From positions 14,416 through 71,041 of the forward strand of contig CAYJGV010000003.1 of NCBI GenBank assembly GCA_964369715.1: 56,626 nt of DNA, written 5' to 3'. The notes below the pieces were generated by a model that was given only the letters and a program-made list of their open reading frames with translations, was not told the origin of the DNA and did not search any database. The DNA comes from an uncultured Bacteroides sp. (lineage in GTDB: Bacteria; Bacillota; Clostridia; Oscillospirales; Ruminococcaceae). Of the stretch, positions 48,652-56,626 are shown in pieces (the first letter of the stretch is position 1; every line of letters starts with the position of its first letter). Made by a program: the position numbers and the translations under genes.

Positions 48652-49461
48652 ATGTTAAAAAAACGTTCTTTGGCTGCGCCTTATTTAATATGGATGGCAA
48701 CATTCATTGCGGCTCCGCTTGCAATAGTAATTTACTTTGCGTTTACGGATAAATCCGGCTCGTTTACTTTTGAAAACATAATGGCGCTGGGGCAATACAC
48801 AAGTGTTTTTGTGCGCAGTATTTTATTGGCACTTGCCGCAACTGCAATATGTCTTGTGCTTAGTTTTCCTGTCAGCTTTATGCTTTCACGCATGAAATCA
48901 TCACGTCAACGCACCATGCTTATGCTTGTTATGCTTCCGATGTGGATGAACTTCTTGCTGAGAACTTATGCATGGATGAGCCTTTTAGAAAACAACGGCA
49001 TTATAAACAGTGTTTTGGGTTTGTTTGGGATTGGTCCTTTTCAAATGATAAACACATCCGGCGCTGTTATTTTAGGTATGGTATACAATTACTTACCATT
49101 TATGATTTTACCACTTTACACAATAATGCTTAAAATTGATGATAGCATCATTGAAGCAGCGCAAGACCTTGGTGCAAGCCCATGGAGAGTGCTTTGGAGA
49201 GTACTTGTGCCGCTTTCGGTTAACGGCATAACATCGGGTATCACAATGGTGTTTGTGCCAAGCATATCAACTTTTATAATTAGCCGTATGCTTGGCGGCG
49301 GAAGCAATATGCTTATCGGCGATTTAATCGAGCTTCAATTTTTGGGCAATAGTTATAATTATAATCTTGGCAGTGCCATGAGCCTTATGTTAATGTTAAT
49401 TGTTATTTTCTGTATGAGTTTTACAAGTATCGACACAGAAAATATGGAGGGCATGATATGA
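48652..49461 (+). CDS. potB: Polyamine ABC permease
   Basis: PMWMNFLLRTYAW, YLPFMILP, EAAQDLGA. Confidence 0.92.
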   Translation: MLKKRSLAAPYLIWMATFIAAPLAIVIYFAFTDKSGSFTFENIMALGQYTSVFVRSILLALAATAICLVLSFPVSFMLSRMKSSRQRTMLMLVMLPMWMNFLLRTYAWMSLLENNGIINSVLGLFGIGPFQMINTSGAVILGMVYNYLPFMILPLYTIMLKIDDSIIEAAQDLGASPWRVLWRVLVPLSVNGITSGITMVFVPSISTFIISRMLGGGSNMLIGDLIELQFLGNSYNYNLGSAMSLMLMLIVIFCMSFTSIDTENMEGMI

Positions 49462-50324
49462 GAAAAACAAAATGGTACAGCAAGGTATATTTAGTTTTGT
49501 TATTTTCGTTTTTATATGTTCCGATAGCTGTTATGATAGCATTTAGCTTTAACGAAAATAAAAGCAGGGGAGTATTTACGGCTTTTTCCCTGAAATGGTA
49601 TGAAAATTTAATCCACGATGAAATGATTATACAAAGTTTTGTGGTTTCTTTGATACTTATGATAGTATCCGCAACTTTTGCAACATTTTTGGGAACATTG
49701 GCGGCACTTGGAATTAACAGCATGAAAAAGCGTTCAAGTTCACTAATTTTATCTGTTAGCTATGTGCCTATAGCAAACCCTGAAATAGTAACCGGTGTTT
49801 CACTAATGCTTTTGTTTGTGGTTTTTAACGAGAAAATTTCTGCAATATTAACCACGATATTAAGTATAGAAACAAGTTTTAACGGTTTTGGTATGGCAAC
49901 TTTGATAATCGCACATATAACTTTTAATGTGCCTTATGTCATTTTTACAGTTGTGCCAAAACTTCGCCAAATGGATATAAGAATTTATGAGGCGGCTTTA
50001 GATTTGGGTTGCAACCCAAGGCAAGCATTTTTTAAGGTTGTTTTACCTGAAATTATGCCGGCGATATTCTCAGCATTTTTGATAAGCTTAACTTATTCTA
50101 TAGACGATTTTGTTATATCTTATTTTACAAGCGGCACGGTGCAAACTTTGCCAATAGCAATTTACAGTATGACAAGAAAACAAGTTAGCCCGGAAATAAA
50201 TGCACTTTCCACTATTATGTTTGCAGTTATTTTATCAATAATATTAATTTCAAATGCAGTGGATTCAAATAAAGAAAAGAAAACAGAGCGTGCATTACAC
50301 GCAGCAATTAGAGGAGAAAACTAA
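49458..50324 (+). CDS. potC: Polyamine ABC permease
   Basis: FLYVP, PEIVTG, EAALDLG, SIDDF, PEINALST. Confidence 0.92.
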   Translation: MRKTKWYSKVYLVLLFSFLYVPIAVMIAFSFNENKSRGVFTAFSLKWYENLIHDEMIIQSFVVSLILMIVSATFATFLGTLAALGINSMKKRSSSLILSVSYVPIANPEIVTGVSLMLLFVVFNEKISAILTTILSIETSFNGFGMATLIIAHITFNVPYVIFTVVPKLRQMDIRIYEAALDLGCNPRQAFFKVVLPEIMPAIFSAFLISLTYSIDDFVISYFTSGTVQTLPIAIYSMTRKQVSPEINALSTIMFAVILSIILISNAVDSNKEKKTERALHAAIRGEN

Positions 50325-51545
50325 ATGAAAAAAATTATCAGCACAATATTAGCATTATCTTTAATGATGGCACTTTTAAGCGTAACCGCTTTTGCACAAG
50401 TACCTACAGTTGAAGAAGGATATGACTACACACGTTTTGCAAACGATGGAATTACATTAAACGTATACAACTGGGGAGAATATATCTCTGACGGCGAAGA
50501 CGATTCTCTTGACGTTATTGCAAGCTTTGAAGAGCTTACAGGAATTGATGTGAACTACACTACATACGACACAAACGAGAGCCTTTACGCTAAATTAAGT
50601 GGCGGTGGCGGCAACTATGACATTATAATCCCAAGTGATTATATGATTGGACGTATGGCTTCCGAAGGCATGCTTGCAGAACTTGATTTTGATAATATTC
50701 CTAACTATCAATTTATTGATGAAGCATATTTAGGTGGATCTTATGACCCTGAAAACATGTATTCTGTGCCTTATATGTGGGGTGTTGTTGGTTTAATTTA
50801 CAACACAACAATGGTTGATGAAGCAGATTTAGCAGAGGGCTGGGGACTTTTCTGGAATGAAAAATATACAGGCCAAATGTTAATGTTTAACAATTCAAGA
50901 GATGCATTTGCGATTGCTTCAAAATATCTTGGCAATTCATTAAACCCAACAACACAAGAAGAAATTGATGCAGCTACAGAAGCTTTAAAAGAGCAAAAAC
51001 CTTTAAATCAAAGCTATGTAATGGATGAAGTTTTCGATAAAATGCAAGGTAACGAGGCAGCTATTGCGGCATATTATGCAGGCGACGGCATTACAATGAT
51101 GGAAAACAATGAAGATCTTGCAATGTTTGTGCCACACCAAGGTTCAAATATGTATGTGGATGCAATGTGCATTCCGGCAACAAGCACTAATAAAGAAGCA
51201 GCTGAAATGTTTATCAACTACATGTGCGAAACAGAAGTTGGACTTGCAAATGCAGAATACATTTGGTATTCAACACCACACACAGAAGTTTATAATGCGT
51301 TAGATGAAGAAACACGTAACAATGAGTTAATGTACCCACCGGCAGAAGTTATCGAAAACAGCGAAACTTTTGATGTTTTACCAGATGATATCAACACTGC
51401 AATGGACGCAGCATGGAGCGATGTTCGCAGCTATGAAGAAGGCGGCAGCGGCTGGGTTGTTATTGTATTAGTTGTTGCAATGGTTTTGGTTGTTGTACTT
51501 GTTGCAGTGTTAAAAATCAGAAAAAAACAACGTAATAATTACTAA
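50325..51545 (+). CDS. potD: Polyamine ABC substrate-binding protein with C-terminal membrane anchor
   Basis: LNVYNWGEYI, YDTNE, PSDYM, PYMWG, YAGD; signal ends in AFA with no Cys; C-terminal hydrophobic helix plus basic tail. Confidence 0.92.
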   Translation: MKKIISTILALSLMMALLSVTAFAQVPTVEEGYDYTRFANDGITLNVYNWGEYISDGEDDSLDVIASFEELTGIDVNYTTYDTNESLYAKLSGGGGNYDIIIPSDYMIGRMASEGMLAELDFDNIPNYQFIDEAYLGGSYDPENMYSVPYMWGVVGLIYNTTMVDEADLAEGWGLFWNEKYTGQMLMFNNSRDAFAIASKYLGNSLNPTTQEEIDAATEALKEQKPLNQSYVMDEVFDKMQGNEAAIAAYYAGDGITMMENNEDLAMFVPHQGSNMYVDAMCIPATSTNKEAAEMFINYMCETEVGLANAEYIWYSTPHTEVYNALDEETRNNELMYPPAEVIENSETFDVLPDDINTAMDAAWSDVRSYEEGGSGWVVIVLVVAMVLVVVLVAVLKIRKKQRNNY

Positions 51546-51594
51546 GAATTAGAGAATAAGCAATTTTAAATAAAATAAATAATACATAAAAATA

Positions 51595-51647
51595 ATAAAA
51601 GGTACTGTAGAAACACAAAGTATTGGTTTCATACAGTACCTTTTATT
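51595..51647. terminator. Bidirectional terminator after potD
   Basis: AATAAAAGGTACTGTA...TACAGTACCTTTTATT inverted repeat. Confidence 0.85.
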
Positions 51648-51686
51648 TATTTAGGTTTATAATCTTGTAAATAATTTGTTTAATCA

Positions 51687-51845
51687 AAGCTTTTGACAAA
51701 GTTGCCTTCACAAAAAATTTCGGCAAAGTTTTTGTCAAACTTCACAAAAATTCTCATTAATATAAACAGCATTGCTTGTGCTTTTTGTATCAGATGATAC
51801 AAATTTTGCTCTGGTTTTTGCAAAGTCTTTGTTTGTCAAAAGCTT
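51687..51845. repeat. 159-bp segment bounded by perfect 14-bp inverted repeats
   Basis: AAGCTTTTGACAAA 51687-51700 / TTTGTCAAAAGCTT 51832-51845; imperfect internal copy near 51726. Confidence 0.5.
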
Positions 51846-52682
51846 CTAATCGTCACCGCCGCCATCGCAATCTCCACCAAAATCTCCGCCGCCGTCACTG
51901 TCGCCCCAGCCGCCGTCGCTGTCGCCCCAGCCGCCGTCACTGTCGCCCCAGCCGCCATCACTGTCGCCCCAGCCACCATCACTGTCACCATCTCCGTCAG
52001 CCCAACCACAGTCTTCGTCAAAGTTGTTGCTTTCATAATCATGGCTCTCGTATTCATTAGTGGGCCTATAATAATCGTTGCTGGCCATGCCACCATCAGC
52101 ACCACTATTTGTGCCTTGCTTTGTACGCCTATATTCCTCTTTGTATTCAACACCTAATTGTGTTAGACGCTCTTGAATGTGTTTAAGATGATTTTTGTGG
52201 CTTTTATAAATTGAGTAGCTGATTAAAGTAGGTATTAAAAATATAATCAAGAAAAAGATTGAAAATATAATAGATATAATATTGCCTGCTAAAATACCTG
52301 TTCCTGAAAAGAGTGCTAAAACAGAGAAAAAGCGATAGAAGCCATGACTTCTCTTTCTTTTTTTTGCTATGATGTTGCCTTGTGCTATAAGCTGGTTTTT
52401 TTCATCAAAAAAATGTCCGAATTGAGAAGACGAATCGGTAATATTGGCATTATAGTTTTCTACAACATTATTATAAATATTATTATTTGCATATAAATCA
52501 TCATTACTTTTATATGTTGAATCAAAGCCATCGCCATAATTATATGCTGTGTGGTTTGTGTTTTGTTGATTTGTGGTATAATAATTATTATAAGCACTGC
52601 CATAATTGTTATTTCTTGCATTCCCGTAATAGTTATTTGTGTTGTTTTCGCTATAATTATTCTCGTCTTTTTTATTGAACAT
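51846..52682 (-). CDS. Hypothetical membrane protein: Asn/Tyr-rich N-terminus, 2 TMs, acidic Gly/Asp repeat tail
   Basis: AAGAGGT SD; 278-codon ORF; hydrophobic hairpin around aa 115-157. Confidence 0.75.
   Translation of the reverse strand: MFNKKDENNYSENNTNNYYGNARNNNYGSAYNNYYTTNQQNTNHTAYNYGDGFDSTYKSNDDLYANNNIYNNVVENYNANITDSSSQFGHFFDEKNQLIAQGNIIAKKRKRSHGFYRFFSVLALFSGTGILAGNIISIIFSIFFLIIFLIPTLISYSIYKSHKNHLKHIQERLTQLGVEYKEEYRRTKQGTNSGADGGMASNDYYRPTNEYESHDYESNNFDEDCGWADGDGDSDGGWGDSDGGWGDSDGGWGDSDGGWGDSDGGGDFGGDCDGGGDD
51885..51989 (-). repeat. 5 x 21-bp coding tandem repeat (GDSDGGW x4, GDSDGGG)
   Basis: Units differ almost only at synonymous positions in this frame. Confidence 0.9.
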
Positions 52683-52935
52683 TTAGAATACCTCTTTATT
52701 TAATGTGATGGAATTAGTCTATAAAATAAAAGTGAAAACAAATAATTATATTATTAATTAAGTGCGCTGTACTTGCGGTTTCTTTTAAAAATCAATAAGT
52801 ATATCTAATGTAAATTATAGTATAATTATAGTGTTATTTCAAGCATTTATATGTGTGCTTATAATTATATACTAAATTAAATGCTAAATTTATGTTAAAT
52901 AATTTCAAAACCTTGAAAAAACAAGGCTTTATGTG

Positions 52936-52964
52936 TTGACATTAGTAAAAAAATAGTGTAAAAT
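52936..52964 (+). promoter_or_regulatory. Sigma-A promoter of str operon
   Basis: TTGACA-N17-TAAAAT. Confidence 0.8.
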
Positions 52965-53077
52965 AAGTTTGTTGCGCCGTAGGCGTATTTTGCTTTGCGT
53001 AAATACGCATTAAAAATTGCCAAAAGTGCACAGTTTTTATAGGTTTAAAACCTAAATTTAATAGAAAGGAGAAACAA

Positions 53078-53500
53078 ATGCCAACCTTTAATCAACTAGT
53101 TCGCAAAGGTCGCGAGGTTTTAGTTCAAAAGTCAACTGCACCAGCTTTGCAAAAAGGCTATAACTCTAAAAAGAAAGCTTTTACAGATAAATCTGCTCCA
53201 CAAAAACGTGGTGTATGCACAGCTGTTCGTACAATGACACCTAAAAAACCAAACTCTGCGCTTCGCAAAGTTGCCCGTGTGCGTCTTTCCAATGGTATCG
53301 AGGTTACTTCGTACATTCCGGGTATCGGCCATAATTTGCAAGAACATAGCGTTGTGTTAATTCGTGGCGGTCGTGTTAAAGATTTACCGGGTGTTCGTTA
53401 CCATATTATTCGTGGTACATTAGATACACAAGGTGTTGCTAACCGTGGCCAAGCAAGAAGTAAATACGGTGCTAAAAAACCAAAGGCCGGTGCAAAATAA
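53078..53500 (+). CDS. rpsL: 30S ribosomal protein S12
   Basis: [30 protein letters not shown]. Confidence 0.99.
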   Translation: MPTFNQLVRKGREVLVQKSTAPALQKGYNSKKKAFTDKSAPQKRGVCTAVRTMTPKKPNSALRKVARVRLSNGIEVTSYIPGIGHNLQEHSVVLIRGGRVKDLPGVRYHIIRGTLDTQGVANRGQARSKYGAKKPKAGAK

Positions 53501-53629
53501 GTGAAAAACCCTTAAAAGTTAACTAGCCAATAAAGAGGCTTTATATAGATAAACCTCTTATAAAGGCAGTGCGGGAGTTTATTACTTTCGAGTACCAATG
53601 ATATCATTCTTATGAAGGAGGGAAGAAGG

Positions 53630-54100
53630 ATGCCCAGAAGAGGTAATATTGCAAAACGTGACGTTTTGGCAGATCCATTATACAATTCCAAAATCGTAAC
53701 ACGTTTAATTAACAGCATTATGTATGACGGTAAAAAAGGTGTTGCACAAAAAATTGTGTACGATGCATTTAATATCGTTCAAGAGAAAACAGGAAATGAC
53801 CCACTTGAGAGTTTTGAGAAAGCGCTTGAGAACATTATGCCGGTTTTGGAGGTTAAAGCTCGCCGTGTTGGCGGCTCAACTTACCAAGTGCCCATGGAAG
53901 TGCGTGCAGACCGTCGTGAAACTTTAGGTTTACGCTGGCTTACAACTTATTCAAGAAACCGCAACGAGCGCACTATGCGCGAGCGTTTAGCAGGCGAAAT
54001 TATGGATGCTTGCAACGGCGGCGGTAACGCTTGCAAAAAGCGTGAAGATACACACAAAATGGCAGAAGCTAACAAAGCATTTGCACACTTCAGATACTAA
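53630..54100 (+). CDS. rpsG: 30S ribosomal protein S7
   Basis: MPRRG start with [32 protein letters not shown] (ORF track starts at 53612). Confidence 0.99.
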   Translation: MPRRGNIAKRDVLADPLYNSKIVTRLINSIMYDGKKGVAQKIVYDAFNIVQEKTGNDPLESFEKALENIMPVLEVKARRVGGSTYQVPMEVRADRRETLGLRWLTTYSRNRNERTMRERLAGEIMDACNGGGNACKKREDTHKMAEANKAFAHFRY

Positions 54101-54132
54101 TATTTGTGTCTGTATTATTTTAGGAGGATTAT

Positions 54133-56259
54133 ATGCCAAGAGACGTTTCACTTGAAATGACCAGAAACATCGGCATTATGGCTCATATCGACGCTGGTAA
54201 AACAACTACAACCGAACGTATACTTTATTATACAGGTATTACACATAAAATCGGTGAGGTTCATGACGGCGCTGCTACAATGGACTGGATGGAGCAAGAG
54301 CAAGAACGTGGTATCACTATCACATCTGCTGCTACAACCTGCTATTGGAGCCATTCTGAACTGCAAGACGATGCGGCTAAGGCCAAAAAGTTCAGACACA
54401 GAGTTAATATCATCGATACTCCGGGACACGTTGACTTTACTGTTGAAGTAGAGCGTTCACTTCGTGTTTTGGATGGTAGCGTTACAGTTATGTGCGCTAA
54501 GGGCGGTGTTGAGCCTCAGTCTGAAACTGTGTGGCACCAAGCCAACAAGTACAAAGTTCCCCGCATGATTTACGTTAATAAAATGGACATCATGGGTGCT
54601 GACTTTTACAATGTTTTAAACATGGTTAAAGAGCGTTTGAAAGCTAATGCTATTCCAATTCAGCTTCCAATCGGCGCTGAAGACCAATTTAAAGGCATTA
54701 TCGATTTGCTTTATATGCAAGCCGAAGTATATTATGACGATTTAGGAAAAGATGTTCGTACAGAAGATATTCCTGAAGAGTTAAAAGAAAAAGCACAAGA
54801 GTACCACGATGCTTTAATTGAAGCTATTGCTGAAACAGATGAAGATTTGATGATGCAATATCTTGAAGGCGAAGAGATTGCTATCCCTGATCTTAAAAAA
54901 GCATTGCGCAAAGCAACTATTGATAACTTGATTATCCCTGTTGTTTGCGGAACATCTTACAAAAACAAAGGCGTGCAAAAAGTTTTAGATGCTGTCATCG
55001 ACTATATGCCCGCCCCAACAGATATCGAAGACATCAAAGGTGTAAACCCTGATTCAGGCGAAGAAGAAACTCGTCCTTCAACAGACGATGCTCCATTCTC
55101 TGCTTTAGCGTTTAAAATAGCAACTGACCCATTCGTGGGCAAACTTTGCTTCTTCCGTGTATATTCAGGTACAGTTTCAGCCGGCACAACGGTTTATAAC
55201 TCTGTTAAAGAGAACCGTGAGCGCATGGGACGTATCCTACAAATGCACGCAAACCACCGTCAAGATATCGACATCTGCTATGCAGGTGATATAGCTGCAG
55301 CTGTTGGTCTTAAAAATACAACAACAGGCGACACACTTTGTGACGAAAAAAATGCAGTTATCCTAGAAAGCATGGAATTCCCAGAACCTGTTATTCGTGT
55401 TGCTATTGAGCCAAAAACAAAAGCAGGACAAGAAAAAATGGGCATTGCGCTTTCTAAACTTGCAGAAGAAGATCCAACATTTAAAACTTATACAGATGAA
55501 GAAACAGGCCAAACAATTATCGCCGGCATGGGCGAGCTTCACCTTGAAATTATTGTTGACCGTTTACTTCGTGAGTTTAAAGTTGAAGCTAACGTTGGTG
55601 CACCTCAAGTTGCATACCGTGAGACAATTCGTCGCCAAGTTGAACAAGATACAAAATATTCTCGTCAATCTGGTGGTAAAGGTCAATTCGGTCATGTTAA
55701 AATTAGAGTTGAGCCTAATGAAGCAGGCAAAGGTTATGAATTTGTAAATGCAATCACAGGTGGTGCTATTCCTAAAGAATACATCAACCCTGTTGACCAA
55801 GGCATCCAAGGCGCTATGCAAGCCGGTGTTTTGGCAGGTTATCCTGTTGTTGACGTTAAAGTTACACTATATGATGGTTCTTACCATGAGGTTGACTCTT
55901 CTGAAATGGCATTTAAAATCGCTGCATCGATGGCGTTTAAAGATGCTATGAAAAAAGCAGACCCTGTTATTTTAGAGCCTATCATGAAAGTTGCTGTTAT
56001 CGTTCCTGATGATTACATGGGCGATGTTATTGGCGACGTAAACTCTCGTCGTGGACAAATTCAAGGCACAGAAGCAAGAAGCGGTTCACAACAAATTGAT
56101 GCACAAGTTCCACTTTCAAACATGTTCGGCTATGCAACAGACTTGCGTAGTAAAACACAAGGTCGTGGACAATATTCAATGGAACCCAGCCATTATATCG
56201 ATGTTCCTAAGAGCATTGCTGAATCAATTATGGCAGGAAGAACCAAAAAAGACAACTAA
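54133..56259 (+). CDS. fusA: Elongation factor G
   Basis: [40 protein letters not shown]. Confidence 0.99.
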   Translation: MPRDVSLEMTRNIGIMAHIDAGKTTTTERILYYTGITHKIGEVHDGAATMDWMEQEQERGITITSAATTCYWSHSELQDDAAKAKKFRHRVNIIDTPGHVDFTVEVERSLRVLDGSVTVMCAKGGVEPQSETVWHQANKYKVPRMIYVNKMDIMGADFYNVLNMVKERLKANAIPIQLPIGAEDQFKGIIDLLYMQAEVYYDDLGKDVRTEDIPEELKEKAQEYHDALIEAIAETDEDLMMQYLEGEEIAIPDLKKALRKATIDNLIIPVVCGTSYKNKGVQKVLDAVIDYMPAPTDIEDIKGVNPDSGEEETRPSTDDAPFSALAFKIATDPFVGKLCFFRVYSGTVSAGTTVYNSVKENRERMGRILQMHANHRQDIDICYAGDIAAAVGLKNTTTGDTLCDEKNAVILESMEFPEPVIRVAIEPKTKAGQEKMGIALSKLAEEDPTFKTYTDEETGQTIIAGMGELHLEIIVDRLLREFKVEANVGAPQVAYRETIRRQVEQDTKYSRQSGGKGQFGHVKIRVEPNEAGKGYEFVNAITGGAIPKEYINPVDQGIQGAMQAGVLAGYPVVDVKVTLYDGSYHEVDSSEMAFKIAASMAFKDAMKKADPVILEPIMKVAVIVPDDYMGDVIGDVNSRRGQIQGTEARSGSQQIDAQVPLSNMFGYATDLRSKTQGRGQYSMEPSHYIDVPKSIAESIMAGRTKKDN

Positions 56260-56293
56260 ATGTAAATTAATTGATAATACAGTGATAAAACAC

Positions 56294-56322
56294 TTGATTT
56301 TTCTTAATGTATTTAGTAAAAT
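56294..56322 (+). promoter_or_regulatory. Putative internal sigma-A promoter of tuf
   Basis: TTGATT-N17-TAAAAT. Confidence 0.6.
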
Positions 56323-56367
56323 AACTAATATAAACAAACGTCCAATATAAAGGAGGATAAATTAACA

Positions 56368-56626
56368 ATGGCAAAAGCTAAATTTGAACGCAATAAACCC
56401 CACGTTAATATCGGTACAATTGGTCACGTTGACCACGGCAAAACAACTTTAACAGCTGCTATCACTAAAGTTCTTGCAATGAAAGGTGACGCAGAATTCA
56501 CAGATTACGCTAATATCGATAAAGCTCCTGAAGAGCGTGAACGCGGTATTACAATCAACACAGCTCACGTTGAGTACGAGACAGATGCACGTCACTATGC
56601 TCACGTTGACTGCCCAGGACATGCTG
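56368..56626 (+). CDS. tuf: Elongation factor Tu, N-terminal part, truncated by window edge
   Basis: [38 protein letters not shown]...RGITINT...HVDCPGHA. Confidence 0.99.
   Translation, partial: MAKAKFERNKPHVNIGTIGHVDHGKTTLTAAITKVLAMKGDAEFTDYANIDKAPEERERGITINTAHVEYETDARHYAHVDCPGHA

Noticed and set aside
51885..51989. CRISPR array
   Set aside because: Repeats are contiguous with no spacers, are coding, and no cas genes are present
51776..52153. Arg/His/Cys-rich (+) and Ala/Thr/Val-rich (-) ORFs
   Set aside because: Alternative frames of the 21-bp repeat; the variation is synonymous in the GDSDGGW frame
54340..54400. Short insertion in EF-G G domain ([16 protein letters not shown])
   Set aside because: Falls in a known variable loop; all GTPase motifs are intact

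Overview
Low-GC chromosomal region of a spore-forming Clostridia member. The IspH-S1 fusion, PolC, gerA operon and sigK suggest Oscillospiraceae/Ruminococcaceae (inference). Most of it is housekeeping: gerA-type operon, intact sigK, pyrH-frr-uppS-cdsA-dxr-rseP-ispG-polC, thiT with a TPP riboswitch, prs, tRNA-Pro(GGG), ylxM-ffh-rpsP-khpA, murC, cmk-plsC-ispH/rpsA, potABCD and rpsL-rpsG-fusA-tuf. No CRISPR array, transposase or integrase was seen. Four parts stand out. (1) A probable operon of a divergent cysteine-synthase-like protein, a PTS Enzyme-I-like protein that has lost its PEP-site residues, and two membrane diguanylate cyclases. (2) A Spo0A paralogue with an altered DNA-recognition helix next to a sensorless histidine kinase preceded by three 0A boxes. 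(3) A lipid-linked glycosylation cluster with four tandem GT-C-like paralogues. (4) Several candidate regulatory elements: a two-state potA leader, a hairpin over the sigK RBS, twin palindromes at the ylxM promoter, and an unlisted 42-aa acidic ORF. All functional calls come from motif reading by eye; no database searches were run.
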